Below, one piece after another: positions 35,838 to 48,129 of a DNA stretch of 64,000 bases. Source of the DNA: Raja brachyura (taxonomy: Eukaryota); NCBI GenBank assembly GCA_963514005.1, contig OY740813.1, forward strand, positions 10,168,001-10,232,000, read 5' to 3'. Each line of letters opens with the position of its first letter. The stretch's first letter is position 1. The notes under the pieces were generated by a model. The model saw nothing but the letters and a program-made list of their open reading frames with translations. It ran no database searches and was not told the origin of the DNA. The position numbers were made by a program, and so were the translations under genes.

Positions 35838-37271
35838 GTAAGGGTTCCTATGGTTTTTGGCTGAAATTTGATTTGAATAGTGTTCTATTTCAGCATTTTA
35901 CAGCGTAAAAACAGATCATTCAGCCCTATTAACGTTGCTGATGGGTTTTGGCCACGAACAACAAGGGTTCTTATCATTGTGATAGACACACAGAGCTGGA
36001 GTAGCATACACTTCTTATCCTTGTGAAGTGTGTAGGAAGGAACTGCAGATGCTGGTTTAAACCAAAGATAGACACAAAGAGCTTGCTTGTGCAATGTAAT
36101 TTCTTTAAGGTCTTGTCCTCTTTAACAGAGCATTCATAGAATGGGAATTAGTCCTGCCAAGTGAGCGGTCAGAGTTGGAATTACAAAGTAAAGTTTGTGC
36201 ATTTCAAGATCCCATAAAGGCCACCAGCATAATCAAGGACAACTTACACGTAACCATCCTATCACCAACTAGAGAGTGGACCCGAGCTACTATCTACCTC
36301 ATTGAAGACTCTAGGACTATCTTTAATTCGACTTTATTGGACTTTTGCACTAAACGTTAATCCATTTTTTACGTTTGTATTTGTAGTTTGTGAACGGCTT
36401 GATTGTAATTGATTGGATACCATGCAACGAGAAAGCTTTTCGCCTTTATCTTGGTACAATTGACAATAAACTAAACATGGCAGTTCTGAGGAAGTACAGT
36501 CAGAAATATTAATAGCTTTTTTGGTTTAGTTTATTGTCTATTGTCTATTAAAGCTTTTTTGTTGCGTGCTATCCAGTCAGGGGAAAAACTATACATGATT
36601 ATAATTTAGATTTTGTACTCGGCTTTCTAGAATGGGTCACAGCTTATGCTTGATTGAATGAAAGGGACAGGAACACACCGGAAATTTCAACTGATTGGAG
36701 CAGAAGAATGGGAATGCAAAAAACTAAAACAGAGAGGGCATTCATTGAAGTTTCTACACTTATTCGTCTTGTTCAATCCCAATACAAGGTGATGTTAGGA
36801 TTGTTGAGCAAAGGCTTGCTGAAAGAGAAAGTATTTAATGGGCATTGTAAAAGAGGAAAGAGAAGCGAAGGAGGTTGAAGGAAATAATTCCAATATTTTG
36901 GGCCATGGCTGCTCACAATGCAGTTACAGTTGTGGAACATTCGAAACAGGAGCTTTAGAGACCACAGCTATCTATCTCTAAAGATTATAGAGTCAAGACA
37001 TGGGAATGATCAAGACAACAAAGTATTTGTAAAGGAGGAGTATCTGAATATCGTATTATCTAATCAGGTGCTAATATTATTTGGCAAACACTGGTCACTA
37101 TAGGGCTTTGTGTGATTTAAGACACTTCATCAGCTTTGTAAGTAATCTGTGATTGTAGAGTTCATTAAAATTATCAACTCAAGTGAAGCATTATCTAGAA
37201 TACATCAGCAAGGAACTCTTGAGTTGAGATGAGTGCCGAGTCAATCAAGATTATCATGTTAAAATGGATCG

Positions 37272-37482
37272 TGTAAGATATTACGGCTTCAGCATGTAGA
37301 TAGAAGCAAGCACAGGTTGTCAATACACACTGTTGCCAGTGTGGGTCTTTATTCTACAAAAGTACACTCCGCATACTCGCACATATTCACGAGACTGATA
37401 AGATATATAAATCACATGACACAAATCATTCCATTTTAGTACGGTTCTTAAAAGTTATAGTTACCATTATATACAATACACA
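37272..37482 (-). repeat. Putative 3' LTR of the Gypsy element
   Basis: On the minus strand a purine tract (ctaaggagagtg) precedes TG; TATA-like ttatata, AATAAA (37348-37353) and CA end follow. Confidence 0.5.
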
Positions 37483-37928
37483 GCACTCTCCTTAGAAAGT
37501 AAACAAACTTGTAAATTAGAAACAAGAGTAGTTTCATATATTTAATCTGATGACTGGTTTACGCACTCTTTCTGATCTCCTGAGTGGGTTAGGGGGAGTG
37601 TCTGTTTGTGGTTCGAAAGGAGAGTCGGAAGTTCAGGATAATTTACCTTTGTCTCTACTTTCTTTGGAGATTCTGCTCTTACATCTGAACTTGGAATAAT
37701 ACCGAAGTCTGACAGATCTGCTACTTCATCTATGCTTTGCTCATGTACCGGTTCGTCCCTTGCTGGGATCATATGGTTTATGTGCATACTTCTAATATGT
37801 CCTCCAATTTCGACCAAGTACCTCCTGGTTCCACACACTTCAACTACTGTTCCCGCCTCCCATTTGTTTGCTTTGTAAGGGAGGCTGAGAACACAAACCA
37901 TGATCATGTGATATACTGAATTTTGAAA

Positions 37929-38480
37929 TCATAGAAACATAGAAATTAGGTGCAGGAGTAGGCCATTCGGCCGTTCAAGCCTGCACCACCATTCAATATG
38001 ATCATGGCTGATCATCCAACTCCGTATTCTGTACCTGCCTTCTCTCCATACCCTCTGATCCCCTTAGCCATAAGGGCCACATCTAACGCCCTCTTAAATA
38101 TAGCCAATGAACTGGCCTCAACCCCCCTCTGTGGCAGAGAGTTCCAGAGACCCACCACTCTCTGTGTGAAAAAAGTCCTTCTCATCTCAGTCCTAAAGGA
38201 TTTCCCCCTTATCCTAGAGCTGTGACCCCTTGTCCTGGACCTCCCCAACATCGGGAACAATCTTCCTGCATCTAGCCTGTCCAACCTCTTAAGAATTTTG
38301 TAAGTCTCTATAAGATCCCCTCTCAATCTCCTAAATTCTAGAGAGTATAAACCGAGTCTATGCAGTCTTTGTTCATAAGACAGTCCTGACATCCCAGGAA
38401 TGAGTCTGGTGAACCTTCTCTGCACTCCCTCTATGGCAATAATATCCTTCCTCGGATTTGGAGACCAGAACTACGCAATA
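37929..38480 (-). mobile_element. Young CR1 3' fragment nested in the Gypsy integrase
   Basis: Open ORF 38012..38425 QRRFTRLIPGM...RLRGDLIETYKIL...FFTQRVV; tandem tail (tttctatg)n at 37929-37946. Confidence 0.92.
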
Positions 38481-39734
38481 CAGTTCAAGTATCCCTTCAA
38501 GAGCTTGTGTCTTGAGAGCTGCTTTGACTATCCGACTGACCTGTCGGTTGTGCCGTTAGATGTCGGATGGTAAGTTGGCACTAAGGTATGCATGATACCA
38601 TTTAGCTTCATGAAAGTTTGGAACAGTGCAGCACAAAATTGTCAGAGACAAACTCTGCAGGTAATCCATGTGTTTGTACCCATATGTACCACCTCAATCC
38701 ACTTTGAGTGGCTATCTACCAAAACAAGAACATTATTATTCCTGTGTTCACAAAATCCACATGAACCCTCTGAAAAGGTCTAGTAAGCAAAGACCTTGTT
38801 TGCAAGGAGATTTGGGCAGGCCTACTATTACAACTCTGACAGGTGTTACATTTGCTTGCCATTGCTTCCATGTCATTGTCTAATCCTGACCAATATATGC
38901 AACTTCTGGCTGTAGACTTAATTCCCACAACCCCAGTGTGTTCACTATGGAGTTATTTAAGTAATCTTTGTCTTAAACAATTGGGCACAATTACTCTGAC
39001 CCCATTTAATACACCCTTTCTCATGTCGTCCATTGTGATAACATTTTAGTTTATTAGTACATAGTTTTATTTCTGACCTTCCACACAAAGTTTGTTCATA
39101 TACTTGTTTTACCACTGTGTCCTTTTGAGTTTCAGCAGCATTTGCTGCTGCTGTGACTGGAAAGTCATTTTCCACTGCTTCTGTGACGTAGATAGCACGC
39201 CCACATCTGATTCTTCATGAGGCAAATGCGATAATGCATCAGCTATAGCATTTTCCTTTGAGCTGCGGTACTCAATGCTGTAGTCATACTGTGACAGGAG
39301 AACTGCACAACGCTGCATCCTCGAGGCTGCCATTGTTGGTATTGCTGATCAAGAATAGCAAGAAGTGGCTTATGATCAGAAACCAATGTGAATTCCCCAC
39401 CCAACAGATACTGATGGAACTTCTTGATTCCAAAGTTGATACCAAGGGCTGCTTTCTCAATTTGTGCATAATTACGCTCACTATGATAAATGAACATTGG
39501 ATGATACCAAATTATTTATTTGACTGTTGATTGCTTGTGCGAGCATATGTGCCTGGTGGCTGTTGCATTTTCCTGCAATGAAATTGTTCACTCTTGAAAA
39601 ACTTTGCTGGATATCCAAAGATTGAGAAAAGTGCTCTAAAAATACAATCTTTTCTTCCTTTTGCATCTGAGTGATTGTTTGGAAAAAAATGTTCAACACA
39701 AGACTAATTTCTTATATGTTTCATTATTTGTCAG

Positions 39735-39765
39735 GGTTTGGAAGTGGTTTTGGACCCACAAATCA
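39735..39765 (+). CDS. NUP214: NUP214 penultimate 31-nt exon
   Basis: tttgtcAG/GTaagt; GFGSGFGPTN; phase 1->2 bridges the flanking exons exactly. Confidence 0.87.
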
Positions 39766-42595
39766 GTAAGTAATGAGGCTGAAAGTTCATTTCTAACTGA
39801 TACCAGAACCTGGAGTCGATTTAACATATGAACAAGTTGGACCTACAAAACAAAATATGACCAAGCCTTTACGGGCTAAAAGACATTTTGCCCAGTTTTA
39901 CATCACAGATGCTTTGACTTGTTTTTGATGAGCTGTGTATCTGTTATTTTGCTGTAAGAGGATTGTTTCGTTGTAACAAATGCAATAAAGAATGAATCAG
40001 CTGAGGAACCTACTTTATTATACAAACTATGAACAGATGGAAGGCTAAACACTTAATATAATTAATATCATTTTCTTGTATTTAAATCTCCAGGGTGTTA
40101 ACATATGAATAAATAAACAATTGAGTAAATTTTCTTTCAAAGTTTTGATTGGATGTATCTATTGTTCATGTCCATTTTGATTGTCTGGTTATCTTTTAGA
40201 ATTGAGTATGATTTTCCTCTTGTCTGTTTGAATAGCAGATGTTTTTTCACAGCAGAACTCTGCTGCCCTTTGTTCAAGTAATTGTGCTTTGTTTGAGATG
40301 GCAGGTATTTCTTTCAAACAACGGCAGCTATTTGGATCTTGTGATTTAATCCATTAACCAAGTGCTACTAAATTGATTTAAAGTTGGTAGCTTCCACTGT
40401 AGCAGTGTGGGTGTGAAGTAAAATATCCAAAGTCAATTTAAAATTGATATTAAAATTGCTTTACCAAGTAGTAAGGAAGTCCCACCAATATTTTAATTAC
40501 ATTATTATAACAGTCTTTGTATCTATATTTTATTGCACTCAATTTTTAAAGCTGTAATTCTTTTTATCACTTAGTTCCAATGACTTAGTCTCACAATGTG
40601 AACCACTGCCATGGGCCATCTGCTTTGTATAGTAGTTAATACAATGCCTTATACAATGGGATCAATTCCCTTTGGCTTGATGCACACTGGTATGTTTTGC
40701 CTAAACCAAGTAATCAGATCTAGCCGTGTTGAACCAGTACACAGAACTAAGATGTGTGTATTGTAATGCAAATCAAGCAATTACTTTCGCCCTTTCATAA
40801 CTCAGTACTGAGATTTATAATTAAAATATTTCTTTTTACATTTTGGTAAAATCAATATTGTTCTGTTACCTCTCACCATGATACTGATAAGTTCAGTAAT
40901 TCTGCTATATTGCAGCTGGTGACTTTATTCTTCCCATTAACCTTTTCCTCCGGGATTCATCTTATTTATTGTGTTAAGGATGATATGAGGTTGGAGAATG
41001 CTCATACCCATAAAAAGGAGAGCATCTGGAGAAACAGCAGGTCAGGCACCATCTCTAGAGGGAAATGGACAATTAACGTTGAGGATCAAGATCCTTCATC
41101 TGGACTTGGAGTTGAGGGGAAGTAGCTGCTTTAAAGAGGAAGGATTGAATTGTGAGCGACCTAGTGATAGGTTGGTACAGTTGATGAGAGATTGATGCTA
41201 ACATCTGTGGTCTCATGTGCCCTAGTTAGAACAAAGGGCCTGATTCTGAAAAATATGGTCAACTCTATAATGTATTTTGGTACAACAGGTTAGATGCTGG
41301 GTATCCTCGAACAAGTAACTCACCTCCTCACAGTTAAAGTCCTTCCACATTTTACACGGCTGAAGTGCGATGGAATAGTTTCCAGTTGCCTTCATGAATG
41401 AATGTCAACAACTCTCAAGAAGCTCAATCCCATTCAGTTGCCTGATTGATTGGTACCCTTTAATAACCTTCACAAATTATGTAGCGTGGTTGCAGTGTGT
41501 ATCATTTATGAAAGGCATTACACTTCAAAAACAACTTGCAGCTTTATGACTTCTGCCATCCAGAGGCAGAAGGCTGCAGGTGCATGGGAACATCATCAGG
41601 CACACATTTTCCCAAGTCTGCATCATCCAGACTTGGATCCTTCATCCCTGCCCAACAGGACCATGGGAATATCTTCACCTGAAGGACTGCAGCAGTTAAA
41701 GGCGGTGGCTTATCAGCACTTCACCAAGGGAATTGGGAGTGGGCAATAAATGCTGACTATGAAGATGCCCTGATACCAAAGTATATAAAATAACTGATGA
41801 CGCCCCCACTGGGAGATCTTGGCAGCAAATCAAAAGATATGCATACATTAATTAAATTATATAGCTCATTATGTATGCCAAATAATATAAGATCTGCGTG
41901 GATGTTGCTCTTCCTCTGCATTGTCTCAACAGCCTGGTTATCATCCCAATAGATCTTCGTCAGAATATAATATATGCATAATCAGCACTGACTTGAAAGT
42001 CTAGGTTTGAATACTGGGTATCTCCATTCAAGATAATATAACACCACAAGATGTCTTTAGTATAGAAGCAGTTTATTTAGCTCAACCAGGCAAAGGTGGT
42101 TTTTATAATCTTCAATGTTGGTTTCTTATATACTTCATCAACATACTTAATTCCTTTCTGTCTTATACATTTATTTCACTTTCACACATGTCCTCATTCT
42201 AATCATTCCAGGAGAATCCTGAATTATTGGATTTTCTTTGTTACTAGTTTTCGAATTCCCTTTGTGAAAACATAGTCTTCAACTATATTGTCAAGCTACT
42301 TTTGATACAAAATGGCTTCTTGGGTCTATTCAGCTTTGGGTTTTTTTTTTCTGGAGGATAGTGTGTCACCCAGTTCAATCTTCAATGATAACATCCGTTC
42401 AAACTTAATTCTTGAAAACCTTTTGCACATTCTATGATGCACAGTGCTTCAATTGTATCATACACTCGGAACTGATGTGTGATAGATTGAGAGAAAATCA
42501 GTAATTTGGTTTGGTAAAAATGCCTTTCTAGATAAAAATAGTATAAAGTAGCAGGAAATATTTGCAGCAAGACAAAAGCAAACAGTGTTTAGCAG

Positions 42596-42899
42596 GGCTG
42601 ACACAGCTGGTGGCGCTGCTGCCCAACTGCAACAGCGACCCTGGTTTGATCCCGACCTCGTGTGCTGGCTGTGTGGTGTTTAAATGTTCACCCTGTGACT
42701 GCGTGCATTTCCTTTGGTTTCCTGCTACATCCCAAAGGCATGTAGGTTTGTAGCTTATATGGTCCCTGTAAATGTCCCACATTGTGTAGGGAGTGGATGA
42801 GAAAGTGGGATAACAGAGCCCGTGTGAATGGGTAATCGATGGTCGGCGTGGACTCTGATCCATGGGACCTGTTCCATGCTGCATCTCTAAACTCTAAAC
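42596..42899 (+). mobile_element. V-SINE
   Basis: ggtttgatcccgacctcg B box, ggtttcctgctacatcccaaagg core, tail ending ctaaactctaaac. Confidence 0.75.
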
Positions 42900-44104
42900 T
42901 CGGGCCTCTATTAAATGCCTCCATTATAAAATGGAATCTACTCCATTCAAAATTATTCATTGTAACTGGATTTGTTTTGAAATTGCAGCTTCCTGCTTTG
43001 TCTTGGATATGACAAAATGAAAGAAATGCTACCATATTTTGGATGTTGTTGAAATATCACAGCTAATTCTTCAGCTAAGTTCCTTACAACTAATAAATAC
43101 CACAGGTCCACTGTCCCTCCAGTGAAGAATTTAAGGAGAAGAGGAATTGTGCCTCTCCTGGGTTAATGCTTAACCCAGGAGAGGCACAATTTACTGGATC
43201 ACCAAAATGCAGCACATTGTGACTGTCAAATGAAATAAAACACCATCGCTTGTTTTTGCCAACTTTGTTCAATGTTTTCTGAAAGTGAGTGAGCTTTATA
43301 AAAGGGAAGTAATATTAAAATTGAACTTTGTGCTTCCACAAAGCTAAGGTTTTACAACAATATGTACATGAAGTTACTGGAATTCTGGCGTGCCCTTTCA
43401 ATGTTATACAGTATTTACCATCCACCAAATTTAGGAAACCCCTAGATAGGGAGATATATGATCCAAATGAGCCATTTGCCCCACCAGGTCCACGCTGACC
43501 AACTCATTTTCGCTAACACTACTGACAGTGCAGGACTCCTGTACTGTGGGTGCATATCATTCTGGAGTTTTCACTGGAGAGGGACTTGGTTACAAAAATG
43601 TACTGGCTGATTTTCATAAACTGCCACTGATTACTTTGGGATGCTTGATTTGGAATTTCTTGAGTGTTATTCTTAAAAGGACATTAATCTTCCTAGCTCA
43701 TCCTCATTACCCTCATTATCCTTTGCCTCTCCCAAGAGATAACTTTGAACACCTTTATAAAATCTCATTTGCTGCATCTGTTCCATGAAGAACATCAGCA
43801 GTTTCTCTCGTCTTTTTCTCACCAGTTTACTCCGAACTGAGATGTCACATATTACTGAAGAAAGTTTCACAAGAAATAAACAGCATGAAATAGGCTTGGG
43901 AGTTTCAAAAATGATTTTTTGTGATCTAAAACATCACAAACATAACATCAGGATTATGAAATAATTATTTTAATAAAATAATTGAAGTATCACTGCCACA
44001 TGAATGAATGACTAATTTGAGTCCATTGTTAAGCTTCTCGTTGATGTCTGATGTTATGATCAAATTTGTTTAATTCTGCCTCAATACTGTTTCTCTGCTT
44101 GCAG

Positions 44105-44141
44105 GTCCAATCAGTCATTCACCAGAGGATGGAGGGGCTGA
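44105..44141 (+). CDS. NUP214: NUP214 last coding exon
   Basis: tctctgcttgcAG acceptor; (Q)SNQSFTRGWRG-TGA, matching the human C-terminus SVQGFGGWRS*. Confidence 0.92.
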
Positions 44142-44256
44142 ATTCAATGCAGCTTTACATTGTTTTTGTTTGTAAATATAATATCTACTCTAAATATAAA
44201 AATATACATATAGAAAATGTAATTTAGTACGTCAAGAGATACCATGGTTTACAGTG

Positions 44257-44372
44257 AATAAAAATGGAAGCCATTTTAAGTCAATGGTCACTGTGCTGTA
44301 CAAGATAAAATGGTTTTATCTTCAGGAAATATCAATATCACATGATGTCAATGCTGTATTTTGTCAAATAAA
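44257..44372 (+). terminator. Candidate NUP214 polyadenylation signals (AATAAA at 44257-44262 and 44367-44372)
   Basis: Two AATAAA hexamers about 120 and 230 nt after the stop codon in an AT-rich 3' UTR. Confidence 0.6.
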
Positions 44373-44869
44373 TTTATTTTAAATGTTGGCCTAATCCTTC
44401 ACTCTGTTGCCAAGATGCTTCTTTTAAGTCTTTCACAGTCACAATGTTCAATTTTTTTCCTCAGATGTGTATTTGGATGAAACTGCATCCATTATCACTT
44501 TTCCGAACAACTTTTGTGGAGATATTGCAATGTTCAGCTTCAGAAATGTGAGTATCGGCAATGCGCCCTCAATAGCGGGAAGAATGTGAATTTAATTAGA
44601 GGTTACGTTTTCAAATTTGGATGCAAGATCTCTAAGAATGATGTGGTAAATAAAGTTCGAAGAAGGGAGGCATAGTTATGTTTAAGTGTAAAAAATCTAT
44701 TTAGGATACTCTGGTGTAAAGCTCCTTATAAATTCAGAAGGCCGGCGCAGATGGTAGAGCTGCTGCCTCAGCTCCAGACACCCAGGCTAAAGGGCTTGTT
44801 TCCAAGCAGAATCTTTCAACATTTCAATCTGAATTGCCACACACCAGCAACATAAATTAAAGTTGGGGG

Positions 44870-45090
44870 AAAAGAACTTGCAGATACTGGAAATTAAAAA
44901 AAAAAAATGCTTAGTAGATCAGGCAGTATCTGTGGGGAGTTAAACAGTTAAAACTTCAGGTTGGAACCTCTTCATTAGAACTGAAAAGGAAAAATCAACT
45001 TGCCTGAAGTTGGAGACTTCAATATTGAATCCAGAAGGCAGCGACGTGCCTAGGTGATGAAAGGTGATGTGCTGTTCCTCAAGGTACTTC
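44870..45090 (-). mobile_element. Degenerate Penelope 3' end
   Basis: LEEQHITFHHLGTSLPSGFNIEVSNFR resembles the GIY-YIG C-terminus seen at 55480-55570. Confidence 0.65.
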
Positions 45091-45309
45091 TTGGAGTTCT
45101 CAGTCATCCATGTGTATTTTTGGCTCACTTTCTTTTCCACTTTTGAGTGGAGGACATGCCTGGCCTTTCTTGCTTGACTTACCCCCTTGTTCTGCATTTA
45201 GCAACTCCTACATTTTTTGTCCAGCTTCTTTTGTCTAAGTTCTCAACAATCTGCCCCGTTCACTCATTCACTGGAAGACCTTGTTTACAGCTTGTCCCAA
45301 TTCCTGCAT

Positions 45310-46141
45310 CTTTGGACAAAGGACATTTATTGTCACATACACCATTTCTGGTGGAGTGAAATTCGAGTTGCCATTTGCAGCACACCAATAAAAGTAAGAC
45401 ACCACATTAAAGAAGAATTTAACATAAAACATAAAAACTTCCCCCCACAATGGTTCCCACTGTGAGGGAAGACAACAAAGTCCAGTCCACTCCTCTTATT
45501 CACCCCGTAGTCGGGGCCTATTTGAGGCCTCCGCAGTCGCCGCAACAGCGGCCCGAAGTTTCAGGCCCTATCGCCGGATGATGAAGCTCCGGCGTCTTGA
45601 GGACTCTCTTCAGCGGCTTGGAGTGTCTGGAACGGCCGCTTGCTGCCAGAGACCGCGGCTCCTGATGTCCACGGGCCGCGCTGGTCGGAGCTCCGTCACT
45701 GGGGATGTCTGCGAGAGATCCCAGGCTCCGCGGTGTTTAGACTTCAGCGACGCCGCGGCTGGACACTCCACTGCTCCGTGATGTTGGAGCCGGTGGTCTA
45801 AGCACTCCGGAGCTTACCCCACGTCGACCCGGGTAAGGCATCGCCCACTCCGCGATGGTGCTTCAGCCTGTGCCGCCCGCCGAAGCTGAAGATTCTGGCC
45901 GGTCCTGGCAGGAAACGCCGCTCCATTCCAGGTGGTAGGCCGCGAGGGAGGGGCGAAGATATGCCTTGGAGTAAAGCCGCAACTCCGACCAGGTAGGGAC
46001 CGAGAAATACCGTTTCCCTTCCCCCCCCGCATAAAAAAGATTGGACCTCCAAAAACAAACTTTTAACATGATAAAACATAGAAAAGGGTGAAAGGACGGA
46101 CAGCTGCAGGCTGGGCAGCCATACTCGACGGCGCCCCCACT
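45310..46141 (-). mobile_element. CpG-rich non-autonomous retroelement with a LINE-type 3' tail
   Basis: GC/CpG-rich body; minus-strand 3' end gaatttcact...gtatgtgacaataaatgtcctttgtcc resembles Rex1/L2-type tails. Confidence 0.5.
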
Positions 46142-48129
46142 CGACCTTTGCAAGTGTCTTCTGTCTTCAATTTTGGTTAAAGGAATTCGACCTGAAACAT
46201 TGACTGTTTCTATTCCCACAGATGCTGAATATTTCCACCATTTTCATTTTTTTAAATCTTTTGACTGAGGTTTAGATTACTTCCCTTGAAGTTTTTTTCC
46301 CACTGTCAGCCTCAGTAGATAGTAGTAAAAATGTATTTTACTTCTTTCCGTATGTGACTGCCAAATTTTGTTCGAAACTGCTCCTGTGAAATGTTTTCGG
46401 ATGTTTTACTACATTAATAGCACAATATGAATGAGTGCAAGAGGACAGACAGCCCACAAAAAAGCACTAAGAATGACATTATTGCAAAAAATAGAGCCAG
46501 ATAATTAATCTGTTCAAGTGCCTGTGAAGCTTGATGTGAAACTTGCTGATGGAACAAGATCTTGTGGGCACGGAATCGGGAAGTATGCTATTCCAAGATA
46601 GAAACTGTTGGACAGTGGTGTTAAATTAGTTTGAAGGTGGTTGAGAATGTTACTGTCTGTTCTGTCCAACACCTTTTACAAGCTTGCCTCTTGCATTATA
46701 AGGATGTGAAACTTATATCAGTTTGCACCACTTCATCTGTGAGTCACGTTCTAGCAGAATGTGGTTGATTGCTGCAAATTTGATGTCATGAAGGATATGC
46801 ATTCTCTGACATTTGTTAAAGAATCTGTTAATTTACATGCTGTTCAATAGGACAACCTTTCTTAAGCACTTACAGTGCATGTTATTTATGGGTGAAGATA
46901 AATAACATCCCAAGTCTTGCTTAGCTGCAGCAGATTTCCAAACCTCCCTTAGTCCTAAAAGGACTTTCTAACCAACAAAGTATTTTGAATTTGAATCGTT
47001 ATACTAACATAGGAAATCGGGCAATTTGAAATGTATTTGTCACATGCACCATAAGGTGCAGTGAAATGTAATATCGTTTAGTGTCCAGAGTATTATTGCC
47101 ATATGTCCTGAAACAGAACAGGGAATTTATTTGTTGCATATTTGTGCACAACCTCTTGAGCAGCAGAAATAAAATGATCAGATATTGTCTTTTAACTTAA
47201 GATTGAAATCAAGTTTAAAATGAAGGGTATTGTGAGATAGAGAGCAATGGTTGAGATGGAGAGAATGGCCTGTTCCAGACATTCAGACAGAGTCCTGCCA
47301 TAGAAAGAGATTACCGAGCAAAAATGGGAGTGATTCAAGGATGTGCTCAAAACCTCCCAGTGTTACATCCCACTGGCCGGGGAATCCCTGGCACCTCACT
47401 GCTCAAAGTTGGGATTTTATTGAGAAACTCAAAGTTCAGTTAATCAAGAGCATAGAAACTCATTTGAAATAGTAGAAGAAGCGCACCGGCCACTTTATGC
47501 TGCATCTGTGTCGGTCATTTCTCACACTGACCTCACCAATCACTTTGGAACCTGCAAAAATGAAGTTGAAACATGTCAATCCTAAATCCCAAGGGGCTGC
47601 CGAACAAGAATATGCTGTTTGTTTTCAACCTAAACGTTTAAAGCGTAGCAACTTGTACTTCAATTGCGCATTTTCTTCAGAGCATTTCAAGGTTTCAAGG
47701 TCAGTTTATTGTCACATTTACCGGTTAAGGTACATGTGACTCAACAATTTCGGATTATACCACTGCTCCATCTGTTAGGAAGCAGGTGCTGGTAACTTGG
47801 AAATACAGGAGACTGCAGATGCTGGAAACTGGAGGGAAAAAAACAAGCTATTGAAGGAACTCAGTGGGCCAAGCAGCATCTATAGGGGGGGGGGAAAAGG
47901 AAGTGTCACCATTTTGTTATAACCACTTGAGCCTGATACAAACCCATCTTGTAGTCCTTACTTGCTCCATTACCACCTTATTTTGCCTTAGATAATGATC
48001 CCTTCTGCCATTTGATAGATCCTGCTTATTACACATCTTCCCGCTATTCTGTTCTGCGAAACGTTTTTTCCCATCTCTGAATCTCAAAGGTGGCATTGGG
48101 ATTCAAGCAAGTTTAATTAAAAATAGAAA

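Larger units (their letters stand above)
37272..39500 (-). mobile_element. Degenerate Ty3/Gypsy LTR retrotransposon (RNase H-integrase-3' LTR)
   Basis: ERNYAQIEK...[12 protein letters not shown]...SDHKPL (RNase H); ADALS; YWSGLDND...CNTCQ (integrase Zn region); FQRVHVDF; YHPTSNG; WEAGTVV..GTRRYLVE..HINH (integrase C-terminus); multiple frameshifts. Confidence 0.9.
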
